A stretch of 64,000 nucleotides of DNA from Gemmatimonas sp. (lineage in GTDB: Bacteria > Gemmatimonadota > Gemmatimonadetes > Gemmatimonadales > Gemmatimonadaceae), in contig JANNVQ010000010.1 in the NCBI GenBank assembly GCA_031414535.1, positions 1 to 64,000 of the forward strand. The letters are read 5' to 3'. Below the pieces are notes generated by a model. That model did not search any database, was not told the DNA's origin, and worked only from the letters and a program-made list of their open reading frames with translations. Shown here piece by piece: positions 19,229 to 28,888 of this stretch. The first letter of the stretch is position 1, and each line of letters starts with the position of its first letter. Both the position numbers and the translations under genes were made by a program.

Positions 19229-19612
19229 ATGAGTCGTTTTCTCCCCGCGGACTACAGCAAGGGCGACGACACGACCGTCGGTGGCTATGAAGCGGTGCAC
19301 GCGCGCCCTCCCGCGCTCGATGCTGCCGATGGCCTTCCCTACAGCATCGCCCGCCTCGCCGACTCGCTCGGCGATGATCCGCGCGGCAGCTACGGCGCGT
19401 ATTTGTTGTTCCTGCGCTGGCGTCGCATCGGCGAAGAGGGCGTGGAAGGGCACGTGGAGACGGAGTATTTGGAGTTCGCAGACTCTAGAGAGGCCGCGCT
19501 CGAGAAGCTCGGCGCATGGCCGCTGACGCGCGCTCAGGAGCTCTTGAGCGGTGAACTCGCCCTGCAGTCGCCGCCTGTGAGCGACTGGGACGACGAGGAT
19601 GACGACGCGTGA
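19229..19612 (+). CDS. hypothetical protein
   Basis: ORF fills the gap and overlaps the rsgA start (GTGA); acidic C-terminus. Confidence 0.7.
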   Translation: MSRFLPADYSKGDDTTVGGYEAVHARPPALDAADGLPYSIARLADSLGDDPRGSYGAYLLFLRWRRIGEEGVEGHVETEYLEFADSREAALEKLGAWPLTRAQELLSGELALQSPPVSDWDDEDDDA

Positions 19613-20553
19613 GCACTCGAGACGGTATCGTCATTGAGGGCACCGGCGGCGTGTGGGTGGTTCGCACGCAGGGCCAACAGGGAGTTGAGCAAGTGTCGGC
19701 CGCGCTCGCGGGCCGGCTCAAGCAAGAAGAGCGGGACTTCGTGAAGCTCGCGCCTGGTGATCACGTCACGATGGAGCCCGATGAGCGCGCCGAGCATTGG
19801 CGCATCACCAGCATCGCGCCGCGTCGTAGCGTCCTCGCGCGTCGCGAGCCCGGTGGCCGTCGCGGCGAGCGAGTGCTGGCCGCCAATGTGGATCAGGCCT
19901 GCGTGGTGTTTTCGGTGGCCAGCCCCGAGCCGCACCCGCGGATGATTGATCGCTTTCTCGTGGTCTGCGAGGCCAATGAGCTCGAGGCGCACGTGATCTT
20001 TAACAAAATTGACCTCGCGCATAACGCCGACGTGCTCGCGTCTTTGGTGTCGCCGTATCAGAAGGCCGGATACCCCGTGCATTGCACGAGCGTGAAGCAA
20101 GACGTCGGGCTCGATGAGTTGCGCAGCGTCTTGCAGGGCAAGGTGACCGCCGTGACCGGCCCCAGCGGAGTAGGGAAGTCCTCGCTCCTCAACACCCTGC
20201 ATCCGGGCCTCGATCTCCGTACCGCCGAGATCTCGCAGAGCGTGAATAAGGGTCGTCACACCACCGTCGGCTCCAAGCTCATTCCGTTACCGGGCGACGC
20301 GAACGGCTACTTGGTAGACACACCCGGCCTGCGCGAGATCGGTATGTGGGGCCTACCATCCGAATCGCTTGACCAGTGCTTCCCCGAGTTCAGGCCTTAC
20401 TTGGGCGAGTGCAAGTTCCAAGACTGCGATCACGAGGTGGAGCCCGCCTGCGCCATTCGAAAGGCGGTGTCGGCGGGAATCGTGGATGCCGGCCGGTATG
20501 ACAGCTACATCAAACTCTTGGGGGAACTCCGCGTCTCCGAGAAGGTACGTTAG
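19609..20553 (+). CDS. rsgA: ribosome small subunit-dependent GTPase A
   Basis: NKID, GPSGVGKS, GRHTT, DTPG, CKFQDCDHEVEPAC. Confidence 0.95.
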   Translation: MSTRDGIVIEGTGGVWVVRTQGQQGVEQVSAALAGRLKQEERDFVKLAPGDHVTMEPDERAEHWRITSIAPRRSVLARREPGGRRGERVLAANVDQACVVFSVASPEPHPRMIDRFLVVCEANELEAHVIFNKIDLAHNADVLASLVSPYQKAGYPVHCTSVKQDVGLDELRSVLQGKVTAVTGPSGVGKSSLLNTLHPGLDLRTAEISQSVNKGRHTTVGSKLIPLPGDANGYLVDTPGLREIGMWGLPSESLDQCFPEFRPYLGECKFQDCDHEVEPACAIRKAVSAGIVDAGRYDSYIKLLGELRVSEKVR

Positions 20554-20577
20554 TCCGTCCCCAACTCTGGAAGCTTG

Positions 20578-21480
20578 ATGTTTCGCTTGTTGTTGTTGGC
20601 AGTTGCGCTGTTGCATCCGTCATCCGTCATCCGTCCCCAATCCGCTGCCGGCGCTGGCTCCAGAGATTTCGAAACCGGCCGCGCCCACATTCGCGCCGGA
20701 AACGCAGACCGCGCCGAACGCAGCTTCGAGCGCGCCATCGACAAGGAACCGCGGAACGGGCTCTACCACCTTTGGCTCGGCAACGCGGTGGGCATGCAGG
20801 CGTCAACCGCGAGCGTGCTGCGGCAGCCGTTCATGGCGCGGCGCATCAAGGCCGAGTTCGAGCGGGCGGTGCAGCTAGACCCCGAGCTGCTCGACGCGCG
20901 CGATGGACTCATCACCTTCTATTTGGTGGCCCCCGCCGTGATGGGCGGGGACGTCGGCAAGGCGCGCGAACAGCAACGCGAGATTGCCCGTCGCAACGTG
21001 GTGCGCGGGCACATTGCCGCTGCCAGCATCGCCTGGCACGGGCGCGACACCGTGGCCACCGAGCGTTCACTGCGCGCCGCATCCACCGCGGCGCCTGACT
21101 CGCTTGCACCGGCGGCTGCACTGGCCGGGCGACTACTCAACTGGAAGCGCAACACCGACGCCTTCGGTGTGTGGGATGCCTATCTCGCTCGCCAGCCGCA
21201 GAGCGTTGCCGGGCGGTATCAGTTCGCCCGTGTCGCCGCCGTCACTGGGGAGCGCGTTCAAGACGGCGAACGGCACCTACGCGCCATTCTCGCCATCGAG
21301 GAGTGGCCAGAGAACAACTGGACGCCAGGCAAGGCCGCGGCCTACGCGCGGCTCGGCGATATCCTTCGCCATCAACGCCGCCGCGACGAATCACGCGCCG
21401 CCTACGAACGCGCCCTCGCGCTTGATGCCAACTTGCAGATTGCGAAGGACGGACTGAAGGCGCTGGGCTCCAGTAACTGA
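20578..21480 (+). CDS. secreted TPR-repeat protein
   Basis: Signal peptide; TPR-like helices (FERAVQLDP, YERALALD). Confidence 0.8.
   Translation: MFRLLLLAVALLHPSSVIRPQSAAGAGSRDFETGRAHIRAGNADRAERSFERAIDKEPRNGLYHLWLGNAVGMQASTASVLRQPFMARRIKAEFERAVQLDPELLDARDGLITFYLVAPAVMGGDVGKAREQQREIARRNVVRGHIAAASIAWHGRDTVATERSLRAASTAAPDSLAPAAALAGRLLNWKRNTDAFGVWDAYLARQPQSVAGRYQFARVAAVTGERVQDGERHLRAILAIEEWPENNWTPGKAAAYARLGDILRHQRRRDESRAAYERALALDANLQIAKDGLKALGSSN
20613..20636 (-). repeat. heptamer repeat arm inside TPR signal peptide
   Basis: GCATCCGTCATCCGTCATCCGTCC, encoding HPSSVIRP. Confidence 0.85.
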
Positions 21481-21497
21481 GAGCCCAAACGCCAAGC

Positions 21498-22133
21498 TCA
21501 GGGGCTCAAGCGCTCAATCACCCACGCCGCACCCTTCGGCACGTAGCGCAGCCGATCGTGCAAACGGCTCTGCCGCCCCTGCCAGAACTCGTAGGACTCC
21601 GGCGCAATGCGAAACCCGCCCCAGTGCGGTGGCAGCGGAATGTCCTCGCCCGGAAACTTGGCATCCAACTCCGCGTGCTTGTGCTCCAATTCAGTGCGAC
21701 TCGCAATCACCGAACTTTGTGCTGAGGCCCAAGCCCCGAGCCGACTGCCCCGCGGACGCTGCACGTAGTACGCCTCAGATTCCGCCGCACTGATCTTCTC
21801 AATCGGCCCGCGCAGCCGCACCTGACGCTCCAGCGCCCCCCACCAGAAGCAGAGCGCCCCGCGCGCATTCCCCGCAAGCTCAACCCCCTTCACCGACCGG
21901 TAGTCGGTGAAGAATACGAAGCCCTTCTCATTCGCTTCCTTCAGGAGCACCATCCGCACATTCGGCGCCCCATCGGCATCGGATGTCGCCAACGCCATCG
22001 CATTCGGCTCATGCACCTTGGCCTTCTGGGCATCGTCGAACCACCGACGGAACTGGTCTAACGGGTCGGCCGCCACGTCGCCGAGGTCCAGGCTGGCGTG
22101 GCGGTAGTCTTCGCGAAGGTGTGCAATATCCAT
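21498..22133 (-). CDS. pdxH: pyridoxamine 5'-phosphate oxidase
   Basis: RMVLLK, PPHWGG, EFWQGRQSRLHDR. Confidence 0.95.
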   Translation of the reverse strand: MDIAHLREDYRHASLDLGDVAADPLDQFRRWFDDAQKAKVHEPNAMALATSDADGAPNVRMVLLKEANEKGFVFFTDYRSVKGVELAGNARGALCFWWGALERQVRLRGPIEKISAAESEAYYVQRPRGSRLGAWASAQSSVIASRTELEHKHAELDAKFPGEDIPLPPHWGGFRIAPESYEFWQGRQSRLHDRLRYVPKGAAWVIERLSP

Positions 22134-22143
22134 GACTAAATAA

Positions 22144-22328
22144 GAGGAGCGAGGAGCGAAAAGCGAAAGTGAAAAGCGAAGTACGGAATAACCAGGTCCA
22201 GAAGGCTCCAAGGCACGAAGTACAAGAGTAAAGCTGTCTCCTCAACCCCTCCCCCTCAACCCTTCGTCCCTTCACCCCTCGCTCTTCACTACTTCGCTTT
22301 TCTCTTTCGCTCTTCGCTCCTCGCTCTT
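22144..22328. repeat. ~40-bp inverted repeat built of GARRAGC heptamers
   Basis: GAGGAGC-GAGGAGC-GAAAAGC-GAAAGT-GAAAAGC-GAAGTA (22144-22183) and its complement at 22290-22328. Confidence 0.75.
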
Positions 22329-22345
22329 GATTGGAGGGGGAACCT

Positions 22346-22981
22346 ATGGCCCAATCCCCGTATACGTGCGACATTCCCATGATGACCGAAGAGCTCGCCC
22401 CCGCGTCGGCCGAACATGAGGCATTCAGCGCGCTTGCGCTGACCGCCCTCGACGACGTCTATCGCTTTGCCCGTTCGCTCACGCGCGACGAGGCGGATGC
22501 CGAGGACGTGGTGCAGGAAGCTTATCTGCGTGCGTTCCGGAGCTGGCACACGTTCCAGCCTGGCACGGACGTGCGGCGTTGGCTCTTCACCATCGCTCGG
22601 AATGTTTTTCTCCGCTCCCGCGAACGCGGACAGCGCGAGGTCACACTTGATGACGATGGCGCCGAGGCCGTGGATGCCGCGCAGGCAAAGGAAGGATGGA
22701 TCCGCCGCGGGCTCGACCCGCTGCTGGCCCGCACCGACCTTGCGCCGGCCATCCAGCAGGCGTTGGACGAGATTCCTGAAGTCTTCCGCTCTGCGGTCGT
22801 ACTCGTGGATCTCGAGGACCAGTCCTACGAAGATGCCGCCGAGTTGCTTGGCATCCCCGTCGGTACGGTCCGCTCCCGCCTGTTCCGTGGACGAAAGCTT
22901 CTGCAGGAGAAGCTCATCATTCACGCGCAGGATCTCGGACTGGTCCCCACACCCGGCTCAGACGGGAGCAGCGACGAATGA
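22346..22981 (+). CDS. ECF sigma-70 factor (SigH/SigR-like)
   Basis: DAEDVVQEAYLRA, WLFTIARN, GTVRSRLFRGR; start uncertain (22346 or 22379). Confidence 0.9.
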   Translation: MAQSPYTCDIPMMTEELAPASAEHEAFSALALTALDDVYRFARSLTRDEADAEDVVQEAYLRAFRSWHTFQPGTDVRRWLFTIARNVFLRSRERGQREVTLDDDGAEAVDAAQAKEGWIRRGLDPLLARTDLAPAIQQALDEIPEVFRSAVVLVDLEDQSYEDAAELLGIPVGTVRSRLFRGRKLLQEKLIIHAQDLGLVPTPGSDGSSDE

Positions 22982-23256
22982 CGAAACCCCATACGCACGA
23001 CGATGGCGCGCCGATCAAAGATTGTCGCGGCGCGATGAACAAATTGTTCGACTTGCTCGATGGCGAACTGACGCCGGAACGCGCCAAGGAAGTGCGGTCG
23101 CACATCACGTCCTGCCCTGACTGCTTCACGCACTCTGATTTCGAGCAGCGCTTCATTGCCGCCGTGAAGGAAGCCAAGCCACAGCTCTGTGCGTCGAGCG
23201 CGCTGAAGGAGAAGTTGATGAGCGCGCTGCGCGCCGCTGGTCTCACCGCACGCTGA
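22978..23256 (+). CDS. zinc anti-sigma factor (zf-HC2/RsrA-like)
   Basis: LLDGEL...HITSCPDC; ATGA overlap with the sigma gene. Confidence 0.88.
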   Translation: MTKPHTHDDGAPIKDCRGAMNKLFDLLDGELTPERAKEVRSHITSCPDCFTHSDFEQRFIAAVKEAKPQLCASSALKEKLMSALRAAGLTAR

Positions 23257-23277
23257 ATCCTGCAGTCGCGCACCGAC

Positions 23278-23814
23278 GTGCCAGACCATCCGCCGACACC
23301 TGAAGGCACCGCCGCGCATCGCGCTGAGTCGAGCGCGCTAGGCGCACTTCACTGTGGCGTCCTCACCGTCAGCGATTCCCGCAGCGCCGCCACCGACGAA
23401 TCGGGACCGCTCGCCCGCCGCCTCCTAGAGGCCGCCGGCCATCACATCACCATTCACGACCTGCTGCCCAACAACGAGCCCCGCGTACGCGCCCTCGTCG
23501 AGGCTTGGCTCGGCCGCGGAGATCTGCACGCCATCATCATCACCGGTGGCACTGGGCTCGGCAGCAAGGACCGCACGGTGGAAGCCGTCACGCCCTTGTT
23601 TGAGAAGGAGATTCCCGGCTTCGGTGAGCTGTTTCGCTACTTGAGCTTCGCCGAACAGATTGGGACGACGGCCATTCTCTCGCGCGCCGTGGCGGGTAGC
23701 GCGAAGGGCGCGGTGGTGGTGTCGCTCCCTGGCTCGAAGGCTGCGGTGGAGCTGGGTTTGAGTCGAGTGCTGATTCCAGAGCTACGCCACCTACTGCGTG
23801 AGATCAGGCGCTGA
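23278..23814 (+). CDS. moaB: MogA/MoaB molybdenum cofactor biosynthesis protein
   Basis: LTVSD, DESG, TGGTG, PGFGELFR, LPGS. Confidence 0.88.
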   Translation: MPDHPPTPEGTAAHRAESSALGALHCGVLTVSDSRSAATDESGPLARRLLEAAGHHITIHDLLPNNEPRVRALVEAWLGRGDLHAIIITGGTGLGSKDRTVEAVTPLFEKEIPGFGELFRYLSFAEQIGTTAILSRAVAGSAKGAVVVSLPGSKAAVELGLSRVLIPELRHLLREIRR

Positions 23815-23819
23815 GCACT

Positions 23820-23843
23820 GGACGGATGACGGATGACGGATGC
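23820..23843 (+). repeat. solo heptamer repeat arm
   Basis: GGACGGATGACGGATGACGGATGC. Confidence 0.85.
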
Positions 23844-23860
23844 TTGGCTAGCTTCGTGCT

Positions 23861-24652
23861 ATGAAGATTTTCTCGTGGAACGTCAACGGCATTCGCTCCG
23901 TCATCAAGAAAGGCGACTTCCAGAAGTTCATCGCCGCGCACAAGCCTGATATCCTTTGCCTGCAGGAAACCAAGGCCGAACGAGAGCAGGTGCAGGTGGA
24001 TCTCCCCGACTACCACGAGTTCTGGCATTCGGCGAGCACCAAGGGCTACTCCGGCACCGCCATCTTCTCGCGCACAAAGCCGCTGAGCGTCACCAACGGC
24101 TTCTCGAAGGCCGTGATGAAGAAGTTCAAGCTGGTGGACAGCGAAGGCCGCGACAGCGCCGACGAGGGGCGCGTGATCTCGGCGGAGTTTGCGAAGTTCT
24201 ACGTGGTGAGCGTATACACGCCCAACGCCAAGGATGACTTAAGCCGTCTGCCGCTGCGCGAGAAGAGCTGGGATCCAGCCTTTCTCGCACATTGCAAAGC
24301 GCTCGAGAAGAAGAAGCCGGTCATCTTCTGCGGCGATTTGAACACGGCTCACACGGAACTCGACCTCGCGAATCCCAAGACCAACGTCGGCAACAAGGGA
24401 TTCACGACGGAAGAGCGCGCGGGATTCCAGGCATTTCTCGACGCCGGCTTCGTGGACAGCTTCCGCCTCTTTACGGAAGGCAATGGTCACTACTCCTGGT
24501 GGAGCCAGCGTAGCAACTGCCGCGCGCGGAACATCGGCTGGAGAATCGACTACCTGCTCGTCTCAAAGGCGCTGGCCAAGAAGGTGAAGGCCGCTGAAAT
24601 CCACGCCGACGTCATGGGCAGCGATCACTGCCCGGTCAGCATCACGCTTTAG
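23861..24652 (+). CDS. xth: exodeoxyribonuclease III
   Basis: SWNVNG, LQETK, GDLN, GWRIDY, SDHCP. Confidence 0.95.
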   Translation: MKIFSWNVNGIRSVIKKGDFQKFIAAHKPDILCLQETKAEREQVQVDLPDYHEFWHSASTKGYSGTAIFSRTKPLSVTNGFSKAVMKKFKLVDSEGRDSADEGRVISAEFAKFYVVSVYTPNAKDDLSRLPLREKSWDPAFLAHCKALEKKKPVIFCGDLNTAHTELDLANPKTNVGNKGFTTEERAGFQAFLDAGFVDSFRLFTEGNGHYSWWSQRSNCRARNIGWRIDYLLVSKALAKKVKAAEIHADVMGSDHCPVSITL

Positions 24653-24709
24653 CGAAGGGCCGTAACCAACGGGTTGCCGGTTGACGACGCGCACGGACAA
24701 CTTGTGCCG

Positions 24710-25381
24710 ATGCAACAGATCGTAATTTCGTGGAGCGGCGGCAAAGATGCCGCGTGGGTCCTGCACACGCTCCGCCAGCGTGAGGATATGGAAGTCGTCG
24801 CTCTCCTTAGCATGGTAGTTGAAGGCGATGAGCGCGTTTCGATGCAGGGCATCACGCTGCCGGTGCTACGCGCCCAAGCCGAGGCGGTGGGGCTGCCAGT
24901 CCTCGAGGCGCGGATGCCCCATCGTGCGAGCAATGAGGTCTATGAACAATCGTTTGTGGCGGGCCTCGCGGAGGTGCGACGCCGATGGCCAGACTGCGCC
25001 AGCATCGCATTCGGCGACCTGTTTCTTGAGGAGATTCGCGCGTACCGCGAGGCGCTGTGCGCGCGACACGGATTCACGCCCATGTTTCCACTCTTCGGCT
25101 CAGACACGGCGCAGCTGGCACGGGCGATGATTGCCGGTGGGCTGGAGGCGCACCTGTGCTGCGTTGATACCCAGCAGCTACACGCGCGCTTTGCCGGACG
25201 GGCGCTCAGTCACGCGTTCCTCGACGAGTTGCCGGCCGCGGTAGATCCCTGCGGTGAACAAGGGGAGTTCCACACCTGTGTGGTTGGCGGGCCGATGTTT
25301 GCGCGGGCGCTGCGGGTGCGGAGTGGGGCGCACGTGTTGCGCGAGGAGCGATTCCTGTATGTGGACTACGAGCTCTACTAG
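24710..25381 (+). CDS. PP-loop ATPase, diphthamide synthase-like family
   Basis: SWSGGKD, FGDLFLE, DPCGEQGEFHT. Confidence 0.85.
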   Translation: MQQIVISWSGGKDAAWVLHTLRQREDMEVVALLSMVVEGDERVSMQGITLPVLRAQAEAVGLPVLEARMPHRASNEVYEQSFVAGLAEVRRRWPDCASIAFGDLFLEEIRAYREALCARHGFTPMFPLFGSDTAQLARAMIAGGLEAHLCCVDTQQLHARFAGRALSHAFLDELPAAVDPCGEQGEFHTCVVGGPMFARALRVRSGAHVLREERFLYVDYELY

Positions 25382-25479
25382 TGAAAATCAGCCGCACGAG
25401 TGCATCGCGTTCCGCAAGCGCTTGACAAAGACTTAGACGCCAACGAAGTTCTCTCCGTTCGCTCGTGAGAGCAGACAAG

Positions 25480-25655
25480 ACATAAGCGCTGGTCACTTGG
25501 CCCCAAAGCCAAGTGCGAACAGGGAACCCGGTGTGATTCCGGGGCGGCCCCGCCGCTGTGAGGGAGGACGACGGAGCATCCGGCCACTGCGCTGCAAAGC
25601 GTGGGAAGGCGGCTCCCGAGGACGATTCCCGAGCCAGAAGACCTGCCAACGCTAC
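25480..25655 (+). ncRNA. cobalamin riboswitch
   Basis: AACAGGGAA-CCCGGTGTGATTCCGGGG-CGGCCCCGCCGCTGTGA, GCCACTG...GGGAAGG, and B12-box GAGCCAGAAGACCTGCC. Confidence 0.92.
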
Positions 25656-25848
25656 GGAGTCCGAGCGCACCCTCGAGGGAGGGATCGCCGGGGCGAGTCG
25701 TGGGCGTCTTTGGGCGTCCATTGGCCACGTGGCTCCTTGCGTTCATTCGCGGGGAGCCTTCGTTGTCTCCGGCGCCATCGGTTCACACTGATGCGGGCCG
25801 GAGGTCTTTGCCTCGGGGGTGCGTGCTGTTCAGTCCCCCACCGGAGCA

Positions 25849-28275
25849 ATGCGCATGGCTACGCTCGTTCAACCCGTCTCGTCCCTGTCGTCGCGCGACG
25901 TCGACCTCTTCCTCACGCCGCTCATCGAGGTCGTCAAGCGCGACGGGCGACGCGCAACCTGGGACCCCGCGCGCATCACACGCGCGATTGCGCTGGCCTT
26001 CTATGCGGAGCGGCACGCGGATGCCGACAATGCGAAGGCGGACGATGCCACTGCGCGCTACGGGCTCGGTGTTGCCGACTATGCCGAAGTGCTGGCCATC
26101 ACGGATCTCGTCGTCAACACCATCGCCCGTAAGTTCGACGACGCGGCGCCAACCGTGGAGCAGATCCAGGATACCGTCGAAACGATGATTGCCGCACGTG
26201 GGCACTGGACCATCGCCAAGCACTATGTGTTGTATCGCGCGACGCGCGCGCGCGAACGCTTGGCCAGTCACGGAGAAAATGGGTTGCAGGACTACATCTT
26301 TCTCTCGCGCTACTCGCGCTGGCGGTCCGACCTCGGGCGCCGCGAGTCGCCGGCGGAAGCGTTCACGCGCGTGATGGATATGCATCGCGCACGCTTCGCG
26401 GACCGCTTGGACGCACCAGTGCGCGGTGTGGGAGACACACCGTTACGAACCCTGCTCGACGAAACCGAGGCGGCCCTCCAGCAGCGGCGCATCCTGCCGT
26501 CGATGCGCTCGCTGCAGTTCGGCGGCAGCGCGATCGAAGCGAACAACGCGCGCATGTTCAATTGCGCCTTCACACATATGGACCGCCTCGCGGCGTTCAA
26601 GGAGGCGTTCTTTCTCCTGCTCTCTGGGACTGGCGTGGGCTTCAGCGTGCAGAAGCAACACGTCGCGAAGCTTCCAGTCTTCCCGCTGCGCGCACCCGAG
26701 GCGGAACTGCCAGTGGTGCACCACACCGTGCCCGACTCGCTCGAAGGCTGGGCGGACGCGCTCGATGTCTTGCTACGCAGCTATCTGGACGGCGCCAAGC
26801 TGGAGTTCAACTACAGCGAAATTCGACCGCGCGGCGCAGCACTCAAGACGTCTGGTGGACGCGCGCCTGGACATCTTCCGCTCAAGAAAGCCTTGGTCGC
26901 GGTGGAGCGGATTCTCGAGCAAGTGCCTGGGCGCGCGCTGCGTCCCATCGAAGTCTACGACATCCTGATGCACATCGCGGTCGCAGTGCTGAGCGGAGGC
27001 ATTCGGCGCTCCGCTACGATCTGCCTGTTCAGCGTTGATGACGACGAGATGGCGGCAGCGAAGACAGGCAACTGGTTTGAGACGCACCCACAGCGTGGCA
27101 AGAGCAACAACTCGGCGATCTTGGTCCGCGGCACCGCGCGCGAAGAGGACTTCGCTCGCCTCTTTGAATATCAAAAGGAGTTTGGCGAGCCGGGCTTCTA
27201 CTTCGTGGATGATGCCGACTACGGCGCGAATCCCTGCGTGGAGATTGGCTTGGCGCCGTTCCTCACGGTGGACGCGGACTCACGCGCCGCGCTGCGGCGG
27301 CACGGGGGCCCCGACGTGCCCGAAGGCACGCGACTGAGTGGGTGGCAGATGTGTAATCTCACGACCATTAACGCCGCCGCGTGTCGCACGCCCGAGGACT
27401 TCTACGCCGCTTGCCGCGCCGCTGCACTGCTCGGCACCCTGCAGGCGTCGTATACCAACATCTCGTATCTCGGTCCGGTGACTCGCGTCATCAACGACCG
27501 TGAGGCGCTGCTTGGCGTGAGCATCTGCGGCGTGCTGGAGCGTCCCGGCATCTTCCTCGACCCGCAGACGCTCGAGCGTGGTGCGGCCACGTGCCTCGAA
27601 ACGAATGCCGCTGTTGCAGCGCATATCGGGGTGGCGGCTGCGGCGCGCGTGACCTGCGTGAAGCCCGAGGGCACGGCGAGTCTCGTGCTCGGTGCGGCGT
27701 CGGGGATTCATCCCCATCATGCCCGTCACTATTTCCGCCGCGTGCAGGCGGCTCGCACTGATGCCGTGTACCAGTGGTTTAAGGCAGCCAATCCACATCT
27801 CACGGAGTCCTCGGTGTGGGATTCGGACACCACCGACGTCATCATCTTCCCCGTCGAGGCAGAACCAGACGCCGTCCTGCGCGAGGATGTCGGAGCCGTA
27901 CAGTTCCTCGATTTCGTGAAGCTGGTGCAGCAGCACTGGGTCGAAGCTGGTCGTCGTCACGAGCGATTCAATCCGGGGCTGCACCACAACGTCTCCAACA
28001 CCGTCACGGTGCGCGACGAAGAATGGGACGCAGTGCAGGAGTTCATCTGGAAGAACCGCCATCACTTCGCAGGCATCTCGCTGCTTCGCGAAACGGGCGA
28101 CAAGGTGTACGCGCAGGCCCCGCGCGAAGCGGTAACCACGGTAGCCGACGCTCTCCGCTGGAACGCGCTGCACTATGTGCCGGTGGACTGGGCGGCAATG
28201 CGCGAGGCGCAGGACGTCACCGCACTCGCGGATGTGATTGCCTGCGCGGGGGGCGCGTGCGAGCTCCAGATCTAG
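25849..28275 (+). CDS. nrdJ: class II (AdoCbl-dependent, RTPR-like) ribonucleotide reductase with ATP cone
   Basis: VVKRDG ATP cone, PSMRSLQFGG, NCAF, GGIRRSA, NPCVEI, TCVKPEGT, YAQAP, C-terminal CAGGAC. No YY motif and no nrdB nearby. Confidence 0.82.
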   Translation: MRMATLVQPVSSLSSRDVDLFLTPLIEVVKRDGRRATWDPARITRAIALAFYAERHADADNAKADDATARYGLGVADYAEVLAITDLVVNTIARKFDDAAPTVEQIQDTVETMIAARGHWTIAKHYVLYRATRARERLASHGENGLQDYIFLSRYSRWRSDLGRRESPAEAFTRVMDMHRARFADRLDAPVRGVGDTPLRTLLDETEAALQQRRILPSMRSLQFGGSAIEANNARMFNCAFTHMDRLAAFKEAFFLLLSGTGVGFSVQKQHVAKLPVFPLRAPEAELPVVHHTVPDSLEGWADALDVLLRSYLDGAKLEFNYSEIRPRGAALKTSGGRAPGHLPLKKALVAVERILEQVPGRALRPIEVYDILMHIAVAVLSGGIRRSATICLFSVDDDEMAAAKTGNWFETHPQRGKSNNSAILVRGTAREEDFARLFEYQKEFGEPGFYFVDDADYGANPCVEIGLAPFLTVDADSRAALRRHGGPDVPEGTRLSGWQMCNLTTINAAACRTPEDFYAACRAAALLGTLQASYTNISYLGPVTRVINDREALLGVSICGVLERPGIFLDPQTLERGAATCLETNAAVAAHIGVAAAARVTCVKPEGTASLVLGAASGIHPHHARHYFRRVQAARTDAVYQWFKAANPHLTESSVWDSDTTDVIIFPVEAEPDAVLREDVGAVQFLDFVKLVQQHWVEAGRRHERFNPGLHHNVSNTVTVRDEEWDAVQEFIWKNRHHFAGISLLRETGDKVYAQAPREAVTTVADALRWNALHYVPVDWAAMREAQDVTALADVIACAGGACELQI

Positions 28276-28448
28276 ATGACGCGGCGCAGCGTCCGAAAAG
28301 TCCGTGCGTCGGACGCTGCGCGCTGGATTCTGTCGGCCACTCGTGCACTGGCTGTCTTCGCCTGATCGAGGAAATCGCGAATTGGCGGGAGCTCAGCGAA
28401 GAAGAACAGTGGCGCGTCGTGCGGGCGCTGGCGACGCGCCGGCGCTAG
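28257..28448 (+). CDS. DUF1289 family Cys-rich protein
   Basis: SPCVGRC...CTGCLRLIEEIANW; GTG at 28257 overlaps the nrdJ end. Confidence 0.78.
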   Translation: MRAPDLDDAAQRPKSPCVGRCALDSVGHSCTGCLRLIEEIANWRELSEEEQWRVVRALATRRR

Positions 28449-28876
28449 TCCCCGAGGTGCAGCGTCCAGCGAACCGGAATGTCCGGATCAATTGAGCTCC
28501 CCACGGAGCAATACTTCGTCACGGCAAGATCAATCGCGCGCTCGGCGTGCACCCGCTCGATGCCGGCGCCCTTCATGTGGTACTGGATGTCCACCGAGAC
28601 GATACGTGATGGCACACCATTCGCCCGCTCGGCCGACACGTCCATCCGCAACGACTCCAGCGGCGTACGGCGCTTCGCGAGGATCTCCACGATGTCCACG
28701 CCCGTGCAGCTCGCGAGCGCGATGCCAACACTGTCCACTGGGCTGGGCCCCGTTTCGGCGTTGCCGTCCATGCGGATTGTCGGCCCGCCCGACGCGCGTC
28801 CGCCGTCGAAGCGTTCGTCCCCAGCCCACGTCACCACCGTCTTGGACGGTGGCTTGCCCTGCGTCGCTTCTGCCAT
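28445..28876 (-). CDS. OsmC family protein
   Basis: GPSP..ALASCTG, KYCSV. Confidence 0.88.
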   Translation of the reverse strand: MAEATQGKPPSKTVVTWAGDERFDGGRASGGPTIRMDGNAETGPSPVDSVGIALASCTGVDIVEILAKRRTPLESLRMDVSAERANGVPSRIVSVDIQYHMKGAGIERVHAERAIDLAVTKYCSVGSSIDPDIPVRWTLHLGD

Positions 28877-28888
28877 AAAAACTCCTGA

